From the IMG/VR virus record IMGVR_UViG_3300033489_000513: a DNA stretch of 45,510 bases; one strand, given 5' to 3'. Shown piece by piece: positions 18,135 to 28,196 of this stretch. The DNA comes from a virus. The notes under the pieces were generated by a model. That model had not been told where the DNA came from. It saw only the letters and a list, made by a program, of their open reading frames with translations, and did not search any database. Made by a program: the position numbers and the translations under genes. How positions within the stretch are numbered: the first letter of the stretch is position 1; each line of letters starts with the position of its first letter.

Positions 18135-18446
18135 TCATACCTTCATTCCATCATCTAAGACATCTTTGATGAGGGTTAAGATTTTTTCTTTCAATTCAAA
18201 ATAGAGTTTTGAATCATTTGCGAGTACACTCATTTCCCGAAGGGTATCTAAATGCGAGATAATATAGTCAATCGTGAGACCTGTGTTATCTTTACCTTCA
18301 AGGGTATCACGGGCTAAAAGAATTAACCGATGAGCAATAGTCTGAATATCTATATCTGTATAAAATTGCTTGAGAAAGTTGAGTTTCTCGATATCAAAAC
18401 AATCGATGATTTTCATCTCGACACTTGATCCTTTTTTTCGTACCAA
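18135..18446 (-). CDS. Hypothetical protein
   Basis: 103 aa ORF. Confidence 0.55.
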   Translation of the reverse strand: MVRKKGSSVEMKIIDCFDIEKLNFLKQFYTDIDIQTIAHRLILLARDTLEGKDNTGLTIDYIISHLDTLREMSVLANDSKLYFELKEKILTLIKDVLDDGMKV

Positions 18447-18705
18447 TCTCTGCGGTTATTGTTCCATAAACAATATCGACACGTATTTCGCCGGCCACGG
18501 ATATTATTCCGACAATTTTCTTTGTTTAAATTGGTGCAATTTACAGTCATTTTATTTTTCACTTCATTTTTATGCAATTATTTTCAGATATATAGAATAG
18601 AAGGAAGATAATATATTAAAGGGTTTGTGAGAGGGTTAGTTTTAAATAAGAGGTATTCTATAGGTTATGTGAGAATGTTCTAATTTCAGAAGGAGATAAT
18701 AAATA

Positions 18706-18990
18706 GTGTTAACCAAATTTGAAGAAATTGTTGATGCTAAAAGTATTGGGTCGACTATAAATCCAATTAATTTGAATGCTTTGCTTACCAAGGCGGGGAA
18801 GGAAAACCTCCGCCCCACGAGTCAAGATAAGAAACGTGCCTTATTACTTTGCATTGATATGCAAAATGATTTTATGGAAAATGGGTCGTTAGCCGTTCCC
18901 AATTCTCACGGGGATGTAGAACGTTTGACTCACTGGATTTATTCAAATATGGAGAATGGGGACGCTCTCAAACCTCTGTTTCCACAATGA
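18706..18990 (+). pseudogene. Truncated isochorismatase/nicotinamidase-family gene
   Basis: LLLCIDMQNDF...GSLAV motif, then the ORF ends before the metal-binding and catalytic Cys regions; GGAG upstream. Confidence 0.7.
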
Positions 18991-19254
18991 ATTAATCTAT
19001 AAACCTTCAGATAATGCAATAATTCGATTTAATTATAAAACCAACGAATATAAAGAATTTAAAGTTCCAATTGTCTCCATTGAAACGAAACTTCTAAAAC
19101 GACAAAATAAATTCATCGCCATAAATGAAGATAAAATTTATGAAATTGGGTGATCTATTATGGATATGAATGATCTGGAAAAGAAAAAAAAACGTTGCCT
19201 AGCTTAACCTGAGACACAAGATAATTTTCTTTTTAGAAAATATAAAGATGTCTA

Positions 19255-20130
19255 TCACAACAATTTGATGATATTTTGCTTCGCATATTTATCACAATTA
19301 TTTCTATATTTAAGAAAATTTTCCATTTGAAAGGTTTGGTAGAAATCCTTGTCAGTCCTTGGGTGAGTGATGTGATACATTACACAATCCTCAAATCCAT
19401 AGGCGGCATTATTCGCGAGTTGCCAGCGGAAGGTATAATCGAGGTCGTAATATCCCCGTCCCCGATAATCTTCGGAATATCCTAAAAAGTCTTCCGTGTA
19501 CATCATCGCACCTTTTTCAGGAGCATAGGGACAAAGAATAGAGTCCCCGCCTTCGGGATGCTTGGGCGGGAATTTCTGGCGAGCGCTGGGGAGAAATTTT
19601 TCACATCCCATCATCATTTCATCCATCGTGAGTGGACGGGTAATTGTACTTCCCCAGCAGGAAACTTTTCCCATTTCAAGTGTGGCATATCCACAACGAG
19701 CACACCGACCCATCTTGGGAAAATAATTCCCAAACGAAACAAGAGGGTAAGGAATATTCCAATCCGTATCCACCGTCCGAGGGATAATTCTCGTTCCTCG
19801 TTGGATGCGCCGGAGCTGGAGATTTGCAAAGTCTAACGCGGGAATGTTAAAAGGTTCGGCGGGAACGAAAAGGGGAGTTTTAACTTCCTTAATGCCTTTG
19901 TTGAAAAGTTTCCCTAAATTCATGGTGCGGATAGGTTCTTGGATAAAAGTTACTCTTCTTACTACATGGTATGGTAAATGGGTGATACTGCCATCATCCA
20001 CGACTATGATCTGGAGTGGAGGAGGATTCTGCATAAACCAAGCGAATACGCATCGCCTGAGCGTGGAACTAGTATTATAATGGATGAGAACTACCGAATA
20101 ATAATGATCCTCTTTCAAATGAAAGACCAC
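19255..20130 (-). CDS. Glycosyltransferase family 2, paralog of 9751-10590
   Basis: LIHYN, VVDDGS, PAEP, GYYDLDY, YHITHPR. Confidence 0.75.
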   Translation of the reverse strand: MVFHLKEDHYYSVVLIHYNTSSTLRRCVFAWFMQNPPPLQIIVVDDGSITHLPYHVVRRVTFIQEPIRTMNLGKLFNKGIKEVKTPLFVPAEPFNIPALDFANLQLRRIQRGTRIIPRTVDTDWNIPYPLVSFGNYFPKMGRCARCGYATLEMGKVSCWGSTITRPLTMDEMMMGCEKFLPSARQKFPPKHPEGGDSILCPYAPEKGAMMYTEDFLGYSEDYRGRGYYDLDYTFRWQLANNAAYGFEDCVMYHITHPRTDKDFYQTFQMENFLKYRNNCDKYAKQNIIKLL

Positions 20131-20663
20131 GCTTCCAACGAAATCGCATTCGCTAAGTCATAGAGTGATTTCTTGATGAAAATATCTATCCCGAAGAGGT
20201 TCTGCATTTGATATTGAACATCAAGTAGACGGGGATATTGGGGATGAACGCCAATGCAGAGTCTGATTTTATCTCCTCTCATCGCGCGCATACTATGAGC
20301 ACCTAACTCAAAAAGCACGATGGGTTGAATTTGATCTTTATCAAACCAGAAAGAGATTATGTTTGCTTTTCGCAACATCTCAAACTCCCATTTGACTTGG
20401 GCGGAGGCTGCATTCTTGTCATGTATGGGAAAATTCGCCCGGCGCGGATTTATCACGATCAATCTTCTGGCCATCGGGAGTTTTTCCAGATATTTCCGCA
20501 GGATTTCCACAAGTTCAGTTTGCCATTCCGAACATCCAGTAATTCCTCCCGCGAGAAAAACGATGGGAATTTTCTGCTCTTTATATTCCAAAGGAATTTG
20601 GTTAGGTGCTTCCACGTAAATAAGTTGACCCATTAAATTAACCTCTTTTATTCTCCTTACCAC
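20115..20663 (-). CDS. Nucleoside 2-deoxyribosyltransferase-like protein
   Basis: VFLAGGI...WQ...INPRR...QVKWE...FWF...PIVLFELG. Confidence 0.8.
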   Translation of the reverse strand: MVRRIKEVNLMGQLIYVEAPNQIPLEYKEQKIPIVFLAGGITGCSEWQTELVEILRKYLEKLPMARRLIVINPRRANFPIHDKNAASAQVKWEFEMLRKANIISFWFDKDQIQPIVLFELGAHSMRAMRGDKIRLCIGVHPQYPRLLDVQYQMQNLFGIDIFIKKSLYDLANAISLEAWSFI

Positions 20664-20808
20664 GGCTCTCTATCAGAACATTGTTTGGAATTTTTAGGAG
20701 AGAAAGGGCACGGTTTCAAGTAATTGAATCCTCCAGAATCTTCTCTGCCCCCCTCTTTTCGAGGAGGGCGGGAACAATATCCATTCTTGCGGAGATATGG
20801 ACAGCTCA

Positions 20809-21462
20809 TTAGATACTCTCCTGCCAATTTTTAAAGGGAATACTGGTAGAACAAGTCTTATCTGTAATATTCAACCCGACCCATTTTTTATTTGGATTCT
20901 TTTTCAAATACCCGAAATGCCAGAAGGGAAACTGGCTGGAAAGTGTATTATATAAACCTGTTTCCGCGCCGGGGATATCTGGATAAAATCGAAGATTTGT
21001 CGTCCGCCTGAAAATCTTCTTGTGAACGAATTGGAAGTTGGGAACCTTCTCAAACGCAAGACGGTGGAATATATCGGGATAAAGATCCACGATACCAAGA
21101 GAAATGGCATCATAATTTGAAGAGGAGGCAAGATCCACCAATCTTCGAATGGGCTCGACTTGGGCGGGATGTAATCGTTCGTCCGCATTCAACCACAAAC
21201 ACCATTTTAATTCTTCAACATAAGTTCGCAAGAATTGGTGAATTGACTCCCAAAGATCACTTTTTTGGAGATCGATAATAACCCACGGACAATCCTTCTT
21301 CAAGATATCAATGGTTTCATCAGATGTTTTTGGATCCACTAACGCATAAACTTCATCGCAAAAAAGGCGGATGTTCTTGGCCCATCCTCGAATACATTCT
21401 GCTTCATCCAAAATAGGCGCAAATCCAATGAGATGTTCATGTCCTAAAGTTGTCATTTGCAT
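20809..21462 (-). CDS. Glycosyltransferase family 2-like, paralog of 5913 and 9014
   Basis: PILDEAECI, DPKTSDET, LNADER, WHFGYLK. Confidence 0.75.
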   Translation of the reverse strand: MQMTTLGHEHLIGFAPILDEAECIRGWAKNIRLFCDEVYALVDPKTSDETIDILKKDCPWVIIDLQKSDLWESIHQFLRTYVEELKWCLWLNADERLHPAQVEPIRRLVDLASSSNYDAISLGIVDLYPDIFHRLAFEKVPNFQFVHKKIFRRTTNLRFYPDIPGAETGLYNTLSSQFPFWHFGYLKKNPNKKWVGLNITDKTCSTSIPFKNWQESI

Positions 21463-21640
21463 CTTTCCCCCATAACAATATTTGCTTACAGAATGGACAA
21501 ATATAAGAATCTATATAACCCTTCTTAGATTTCACGAGCAATTTTTCTCCATCAATTGAAAATCCACATTTATGACATGGAATACTCACAACGCGAATGA
21601 TGACATTATTAATTGGTTTAAGTTTCCGTTTTAGGCACAT
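21437..21640 (-). CDS. Small zinc-finger protein
   Basis: CHKC...CPFC. Confidence 0.5.
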   Translation of the reverse strand: MCLKRKLKPINNVIIRVVSIPCHKCGFSIDGEKLLVKSKKGYIDSYICPFCKQILLWGKDANDNFRT

Positions 21641-22763
21641 TTTGTTCTTTCTCCTTTAGATCTTCAATAGGATGCCATTCGGGAGGTGTGACTCCCACGA
21701 ATTTGTTGAAAAAGACTCCTAATTGTTTCATCCGTGGGACGATTGTATGTCCTTCATTACTCCATCCCACATTATCGGGCTCCTTCCATTCCGCGCCTTT
21801 CACGACCAATTCCCACCCTTTACGGGCGATATTGATATCATAAGCATTACATTTTGCGATGGCATCTTCGGGGGTTCCATCGAAGAAGCGACAATTGACT
21901 CCATCCCGGAAACCCATTAGATAATGATCTGGCGTTTGAATCGTGACAAGCATAGCTCCTAAAGAGGGAACTTCCACATCACGGAAATTCGCGCCTGCTG
22001 CCGTGGGAAGATTTAACCCTACCTTTGAACTTTGAAGGAGTTTGACATAAGCATCAGGACCTAACCGCCCTTGGCCTGCTTCAATCTTTCGCTGGTCAGG
22101 AGGAATAATACGACCCTTCTCATCCATACTTTCACCCAACCAATGTCCTTCAAATCCTGACATATCTTTTTTGAGTGTTTGGGCAATCATTCTCCGCTGG
22201 GCATATGCTTCGAAAAGCGAATAGATTTCTCCCGCGAAGGAAGCTTTGATCGGGCGCGGGTTATCGGGGAATACTGCATTCTTCGGCATCACGCCAGGAA
22301 CACAATGAGGAAGATATCCAAGTGCATTAATATTGGGATAATCCCTCTTTACAATTCGTTTTATGGCATCTGTCGAACTTAATGCAAAAGTTGTGGGTTG
22401 GGGACAGACTGGTAACATCGCTTCCGTACAATAGAAGAAATATGGAATTGGCGATTTGCCCGTTGGAAGTGTCCAATCTTGAACGTGGAAGACGAAATCA
22501 AAATCTATTCCTATCAAGTCGAGGAGAGTTTCTAGTTTCACCATACGGACTTGGGTTTGATGTCGCCCAAAAGGACCATTATATTGCATATTCCGGGTGG
22601 GAATGTGGGCAATGTCAAGATCAGGCGCTCCCCGTCCGACATGGAACATTTGGTATCCCCACTGTCGAAACGCGCGAGCATATGCACGGGAAGGATTCCA
22701 CAAATTATCTCCAATGAAAAGAACTCGCGGGGGACGTGGTTTTAAAACAATGTCAATTGGCAA
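21618..22763 (-). CDS. Glycosyltransferase, CgeB/Glyco_trans_1_2-like, paralog of 4659
   Basis: SKVGLN, NFRDVEV, GAMLVT, GFRDGVNC, IARKG. Confidence 0.75.
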   Translation of the reverse strand: MPIDIVLKPRPPRVLFIGDNLWNPSRAYARAFRQWGYQMFHVGRGAPDLDIAHIPTRNMQYNGPFGRHQTQVRMVKLETLLDLIGIDFDFVFHVQDWTLPTGKSPIPYFFYCTEAMLPVCPQPTTFALSSTDAIKRIVKRDYPNINALGYLPHCVPGVMPKNAVFPDNPRPIKASFAGEIYSLFEAYAQRRMIAQTLKKDMSGFEGHWLGESMDEKGRIIPPDQRKIEAGQGRLGPDAYVKLLQSSKVGLNLPTAAGANFRDVEVPSLGAMLVTIQTPDHYLMGFRDGVNCRFFDGTPEDAIAKCNAYDINIARKGWELVVKGAEWKEPDNVGWSNEGHTIVPRMKQLGVFFNKFVGVTPPEWHPIEDLKEKEQNVPKTET

Positions 22764-22767
22764 GAAA

Positions 22768-22959
22768 TCATCCTTCTTCTTTAGATATTTGTATATTCAC
22801 GGTTGTAGTATTTTCCGTGGCAAAAACAACGAGAGCTGGATGTCCTTCGATACTTCCGAAGCGGGATTCCAAATCTTGCTTATGCTTCCAGCCCATATTC
22901 TCAAGAGTCTCGCGGGGAATCGTAATGTAACAAACATTTGGATAATCGTAAATCCGCAT
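22768..22959 (-). CDS. AbrB/SpoVT-like small DNA-binding protein
   Basis: YITIPRETLENMGWK...QDL pattern. Confidence 0.6.
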   Translation of the reverse strand: MRIYDYPNVCYITIPRETLENMGWKHKQDLESRFGSIEGHPALVVFATENTTTVNIQISKEEG

Positions 22960-22976
22960 AGTATCTGTTCATTAAT

Positions 22977-22997
22977 TTATAGGAAACCCTATAAAAA
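22977..22997 (-). promoter_or_regulatory. TATA-containing palindrome TTTTTATAGGGTTTCCTATAA (copy 3)
   Basis: Identical over 21 nt to 2796-2816, on the opposite strand. Confidence 0.7.
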
Positions 22998-23001
22998 GAG
23001 A

Positions 23002-25053
23002 CTAGGTGTTCCGTCCATTTTCTCCATCAACCGCATCACGAATGTCCTTCGGTTTCATATGGAGAAATTCTGCGACCTGTGGGACAGAATGACCATGTTC
23101 TACTAATGCAAGCGCCATAGGAACTTTATAATTTTTATAGAGAGCGATACACGCCGCACATTTATAGTTATATCGGTTATGGGAGGGACATCCTTGAATA
23201 TCATATTGATCTTCGAGTGGAGAAACATCAACTTCCTCCTCTTCGAGAGCATCATTTGGGCGTTCCTGCCCTTGGGCGCGAGGTCCTTTTGGTTGAGCTT
23301 TTGGCGAAGCGGGTGACCCAGGATTTTGTAGGGTAGAAGCTTGCGTGCGTGGGTGAAGAACATTCTTCTTTCCTTCTCCCTCGCTCGATTGGGGCGCTTT
23401 TTCACCCACTTTCCCTAATTGAGGATTATATGTTCTACCAGAAGGGGAACCTACTTGGCCTTGGCCTGAAGTAGTAATTGCCTCTGATTCAGGAAATGCG
23501 GTTGCGTAATCGAAGATGGGAAGAAGCTGATCGCCAATATTAACAGGAAGGGGTTTCAACTTCTTATTTTCGGGTAAATTAAAGAGATCATTATATTTAA
23601 GTCGTGATTCATTAATTGTGAGGATGGTGTGAACGAGCGTGTTGAGGATGTTAACTTTACGTTCGAGTTTTTCTAATGCTTCTTTTTCAGTTTCAACATA
23701 GTGAACCGCCCACTTTATGACAATATCAGCGGGCATCTTGAGGAATCCCGTTTCGAGATCATATTCGAGATCGGGAACTGGTTTCTTCAAATTAGATTCA
23801 CTGAGAATGGCGGCAATTTGCCAGATGACGGGAGCAAGACAATTCTGATCCGCCAAGAGCACGCCCCAATATGAACGTTCATTTACTTCCGAACCCGTAT
23901 GGACTCCCGCAACTTCTCCCTTTAAAATAGGGCGAGCTATCCCCGTTCCAATTACAACTTCATCATAGACGGAGACTTCTTTGTTATTCATTATATCGAG
24001 AGCTTGTCCCGCAGCTCCTACAAAATTCAATTTCACGCCTTTCAATAATCCATGCCAAGTTCTCCGGGTGGGATTTCCAATATTCTCCATGAACTTCTTG
24101 AGCATATTGATATCTTCCAATTCCGTTTCGAAAACTGGATGTCCGAATCCCCAACGGAAGGAAGCTTCACCAACTGAGAGATCGATGTTATATCCAATTT
24201 GGATGGCTTGCCAGTTTCGATCCAAAACGGACATTCCTTTCGTACCGATGTCAATGGACTCATATTTGAAATGAACACAACGAGAATGGTGAAATTTTTT
24301 GCTCTTAACTGACGGTGCACCGCGGGGGTCGGAAGACGTGGGTGCAATATACCAAAATTTTGGTTTTCCATTAAGTAGCCAATCTTCTTTCTTATATGAA
24401 GCTCCACGATTGATATATTCCATCGGGATGGTCATACAATCGACAATAGGCTTCGTTGCATCACGGGGGTCTTCTGTTTTAGTATTTTCCCAGTCAAAAT
24501 TTTCTTCAAAAAGGAGGAGGAGTCCTTCTCCGTCCATCCGACCATTTCCATGTAAGATGGGAAGCATTTCGAGAATACGGGTATCCCGCATTTCTTTGAG
24601 TAAATCAGCTTGCCATTCAACAGGTTCAAATTCATCTGCTTTATGCTTTCCAAAGGTAAAAGGGAATTGATCGCCTGACTTGAAGCAATCTTTGGCAACA
24701 CCAAATGTAATTCGCCATGCGAGGGGAAGAGCTTTTACCGCGAGAATTCGTTGGAACGTGGTAGGCATTTGGAGGCCATAATCTTCATTCGCTGTAGCAT
24801 CTGCAAGTTCATCGTTAACATTTAACCACGTTCCTGCATTCGCTGTCGAAGAAGTTGCGAGATTATCTTGGGCTTTATTACCTTGCATCAACTTGAGATT
24901 TTGTGCAGATTGCTTTTCCAACAAAGCTTCACGCGCGAAAAATTCATCTGAAGTACGGGGGAGATAATGGAGAAAAACACGCGGAGCTGATCCCGAGATT
25001 CCAATCTCGCTCGATTCCTTGGATTTCTCTGCGGGCGGTTTGCCCTCGCTCAT
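23002..25053 (-). CDS. Portal protein (DUF1073-like) with C-terminal extension
   Basis: 683 aa; GKPKFWYI...FHHSRCVHF...GMSVL...GIARPILKGE...SEVNERSYW fits DUF1073-type portals. Confidence 0.75.
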   Translation of the reverse strand: MSEGKPPAEKSKESSEIGISGSAPRVFLHYLPRTSDEFFAREALLEKQSAQNLKLMQGNKAQDNLATSSTANAGTWLNVNDELADATANEDYGLQMPTTFQRILAVKALPLAWRITFGVAKDCFKSGDQFPFTFGKHKADEFEPVEWQADLLKEMRDTRILEMLPILHGNGRMDGEGLLLLFEENFDWENTKTEDPRDATKPIVDCMTIPMEYINRGASYKKEDWLLNGKPKFWYIAPTSSDPRGAPSVKSKKFHHSRCVHFKYESIDIGTKGMSVLDRNWQAIQIGYNIDLSVGEASFRWGFGHPVFETELEDINMLKKFMENIGNPTRRTWHGLLKGVKLNFVGAAGQALDIMNNKEVSVYDEVVIGTGIARPILKGEVAGVHTGSEVNERSYWGVLLADQNCLAPVIWQIAAILSESNLKKPVPDLEYDLETGFLKMPADIVIKWAVHYVETEKEALEKLERKVNILNTLVHTILTINESRLKYNDLFNLPENKKLKPLPVNIGDQLLPIFDYATAFPESEAITTSGQGQVGSPSGRTYNPQLGKVGEKAPQSSEGEGKKNVLHPRTQASTLQNPGSPASPKAQPKGPRAQGQERPNDALEEEEVDVSPLEDQYDIQGCPSHNRYNYKCAACIALYKNYKVPMALALVEHGHSVPQVAEFLHMKPKDIRDAVDGENGRNT

Positions 25054-25064
25054 ATGATCCTCCC

Positions 25065-25313
25065 CTACTTAGAACTGGGTTTGATGAGGCTCATACTATT
25101 TAAACGCTTGCCAGGAAAATGCCACACACACGATATAGCTGATGTGACTGTCTTTCCAAAGTAGGATGAAACGGGATTCTGGCAAGTATTCGTGAGTGCC
25201 ATTCTCCAGATGCAGGATTGACAAGACATCCGCCCGAAGAATTTGGGTCCTTCGTTCGCGGGAGCTTGAGTTTCTAACTTTTTATATTGTGGTTGATTTG
25301 CGCTCGTACCCAT
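25065..25313 (-). CDS. Hypothetical Cys-rich protein
   Basis: CQSCIW...C...C. Confidence 0.5.
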   Translation of the reverse strand: MGTSANQPQYKKLETQAPANEGPKFFGRMSCQSCIWRMALTNTCQNPVSSYFGKTVTSAISCVWHFPGKRLNSMSLIKPSSK

Positions 25314-25584
25314 TAAGGTCGCCTATTGGTTTTGCATTGATTTCTTCGGTATAGAGGGGGGGGATTGGTATACGTTGAATATTCACGGGTAAATAGGTTA
25401 CACACATAAGCTCGTTGCAGGACCGGCAAATGTACGTTTCGGATATCTGAAATGCTAAAGGATGGTTAAACGCGCCCGCATACTCAAGCGGATCCTTACA
25501 CTTCAGGCATATTTTTGGGACATATTTTCCGCGTGGAGCATTCATTGTAAACCATATATTTTTAGTTGTTGTAATATTCTCCAA
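25282..25584 (-). CDS. Hypothetical zinc-finger protein
   Basis: CLKC...CRSC. Confidence 0.5.
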   Translation of the reverse strand: MENITTTKNIWFTMNAPRGKYVPKICLKCKDPLEYAGAFNHPLAFQISETYICRSCNELMCVTYLPVNIQRIPIPPLYTEEINAKPIGDLNGYERKSTTI

Positions 25585-25650
25585 AAACTGTTTAAAAAGC
25601 CACTAACCAATATTTTTTATGGAATGGGGAAGAATTATATATTGAACATT

Positions 25651-25833
25651 ATGTCAGAACTTTTCGATAGTCCTCGTAATCTTGCAAAAACAGATATGAA
25701 TCTTACACGAAAATTAATGCGGAAAAAACAATGTTTCCGTTGTGGTTATGATTTGCCAAGAGGGTGGAAAGAACCCTTCTGCTATAATTGTAAGCATCGG
25801 TTTGGTGGACGACAGATTATCATTGAAAGATAA
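25651..25833 (+). CDS. Small zinc-finger protein
   Basis: MSELFD start; CFRC...CYNC. Confidence 0.5.
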   Translation: MSELFDSPRNLAKTDMNLTRKLMRKKQCFRCGYDLPRGWKEPFCYNCKHRFGGRQIIIER

Positions 25834-26076
25834 ATTAAATTTATTTTTCCTTTTTTACGAGCGAATAAAACCTGCGATATCTGGCCTTATATAAACGGAT
25901 GGCGAAGATATTCTGGGTTAGGCCCATCTTCGGGAAGGGGATATATATACTTCCCCCACAAATAAGACCAAAATTGGTCTGCCCCGCGGTGACTATTGTC
26001 CGCTTCTCCCGCGAAAACTAGGGGGATTTTGTTATAAATCGCGTATAATCTAGTTGTGCTCATATTTTATTCAAAC

Positions 26077-26985
26077 CTAATTAATTCCTAAAACACAATC
26101 ATCCGTTTTGGAATATTCTTTTCTTTCAAGTGGGAGAGGTTCTAGATGCCCACCAGACCACCAACAAATTTCCGCGAATGCTTCCAGAACATCGTGAACG
26201 CGGGAACTGAGATACATTTTAAGATTTAACCAATCTTCGCCAGAAGAAAGCTCCCTCGATTCCACACTTTCAATTTGTCCCACAAGTGTTTTTGTATCAA
26301 GCATAATTTTGTAGCGGGCGTGTTCCGAGATGGACCAATATTTGGTGAAAGTATAGTTTGATTTTGATTCATCGTGTGTAACCGAATGAGTAGAAGACAA
26401 TCCAAAAAGTGTACTATTTAGAGTGGAAGGAATATTTCCTTCTTGGGGAATTATCTTGAAAGACATCCAAGATCGTATTTCGCCCCATTCCCAATGATTA
26501 GAGGCTTCTTTTTGGACATATTTATCGATTCCTTGTTTATCCATTTCGACCAACGATTTCAATTGACGAAAGTTATAACGACATATTCCCATATCATCCC
26601 AATGCTCCGCAAAAATACAATTTACACAATTTTTCAAGACTATATATTTTTCATCGGAGAAATGAGGACAACGTAATTGAAGGATAGTATTTTTCACAAT
26701 TTCAATGGGAATAGTTTTTTCATATAATTTAGGAGTAGGCGTGGAGGATCCTACATTACAGAAAAACCGAATCCCTTCGGGTTTTATTTCCCATTGTTCG
26801 TGTTGCCAAGAAGACCAAGAACTATTTTGTTTTACAGGTACTTGAAGTTCTTTCAAGATGGTATACGTCACATAATGATCTAAACGGATATTCCACCCGT
26901 CCAAATCCACGAAAATATCATCGGATAAACCTCGGGGAGAAAGATAGAAATCTCCCACTTTAATATGAAAGTTAGGGTCCATCAT
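26077..26985 (-). CDS. Hypothetical protein
   Basis: 302 aa ORF with no recognised motif. Confidence 0.7.
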   Translation of the reverse strand: MMDPNFHIKVGDFYLSPRGLSDDIFVDLDGWNIRLDHYVTYTILKELQVPVKQNSSWSSWQHEQWEIKPEGIRFFCNVGSSTPTPKLYEKTIPIEIVKNTILQLRCPHFSDEKYIVLKNCVNCIFAEHWDDMGICRYNFRQLKSLVEMDKQGIDKYVQKEASNHWEWGEIRSWMSFKIIPQEGNIPSTLNSTLFGLSSTHSVTHDESKSNYTFTKYWSISEHARYKIMLDTKTLVGQIESVESRELSSGEDWLNLKMYLSSRVHDVLEAFAEICWWSGGHLEPLPLERKEYSKTDDCVLGIN

Positions 26986-27365
26986 TAGACTTTCACCTTA
27001 CCGAATCGAATTTGCCAGTCTGAATCATTTACTATCTTCAATGCTTTCACTTCTTTGAGATGAAATCTTCCCAAAATCTTTCGTTTACGTAAAACGTAAG
27101 CAGGAATATTTTCCGAAATTGCTACAGTTAATTCTTCATATACTCCACGCCCAATGTATCCTTTATATTCTGAGCAAATGATTTGATCGCAGTGTAATAC
27201 TCTCTTGAGAAAATCTTCAATACGGCGTTTGCCTAACCCATCGTTCGGGTTATCCACTACTCCCAATTGCGAGAGAAATTGGTATTCCTTATCTTCTCGC
27301 GTGGTATCATATATTCGCATCGAATGCGCGTAATAAATCTTCGTTATATCCATTTTCCTCACCAA
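26985..27365 (-). CDS. Hypothetical protein, possible nucleoside deoxyribosyltransferase-like fold
   Basis: IYYAHS...NP...CD...GRGVYEEL. Confidence 0.5.
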   Translation of the reverse strand: MVRKMDITKIYYAHSMRIYDTTREDKEYQFLSQLGVVDNPNDGLGKRRIEDFLKRVLHCDQIICSEYKGYIGRGVYEELTVAISENIPAYVLRKRKILGRFHLKEVKALKIVNDSDWQIRFGKVKV

Positions 27366-28196
27366 TTTGCTTTAATAACCCATTGAAGCACGTCACATAG
27401 TAGGCATTCTTCGTCAGAACAATATCGTTCTGAGACGAATTTATCTTCTATTGTTGCAAGTGGTTTCCCACATTTTTTACAGTGTTCCTTGTCCAAATTC
27501 TCACTATCTATTTTATCCAAAGATTTAATCAGACCAATTATATTCGATATAATTCCTTTTCCAGATAAATCCAAATCAAATTCCTCCTTAAAGCAAACAA
27601 TTGGGAAAATTGGGGCAGATAACCCAGATTCCCCGCCAGTTCTTATATGCTTCCCCCCCACATTTATCCTGCTCGGAGAGCAAGCACCAGAAATATTTAC
27701 ACTGTCTCAAACGTGGGGGTTTATCGTGGCAATCATAACATCCATTGGGACCACGATAACAGAATTTACAAATGTCTGTATTTTTCATATCTGTTTCCAC
27801 CAACATTCAAATCCAGCGATCTTATGTCTTCCGACACGAAAGACAGGAATACATAGAGCGGTGAATTCAGGAGAGTCCACGATAGTTGCATAATCCACGA
27901 GCGTTCCCTCACAACCAGCCAAATCCCGCCCGAATACCCGTTTCCACCATGAACGACAATCCTCAGTTATCCTAACTTGCATTCCTATTGGATATTTTGG
28001 ATTCACTTGTTCATTCCTCCTCATCGGGATCTTCCTTGCAATCCACGCAGAGCGTGCCATCAAAATAGGCTTCATCTCGTTCTGAGAGTTTCTTCCACCC
28101 GCCTGCCTCCACACTAATACCGGCCAGTGCTTTCTTTACTGCTTGATAATCGAGTGGTTCTTTCCGATCATCGATAAAGATAACGTAATTGGTCAT
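27359..28196 (-). other. Run of four small overlapping hypothetical genes, mostly Cys-rich
   Basis: ORFs 27359-27661, 27588-27806, 27785-28114 and 28011-28196. Confidence 0.5.

Noticed and set aside
17914-18138. 74-aa ORF as a functional gene
   Set aside because: Most of it reads through the mini-array repeats; only the N-terminus looks like a gene remnant
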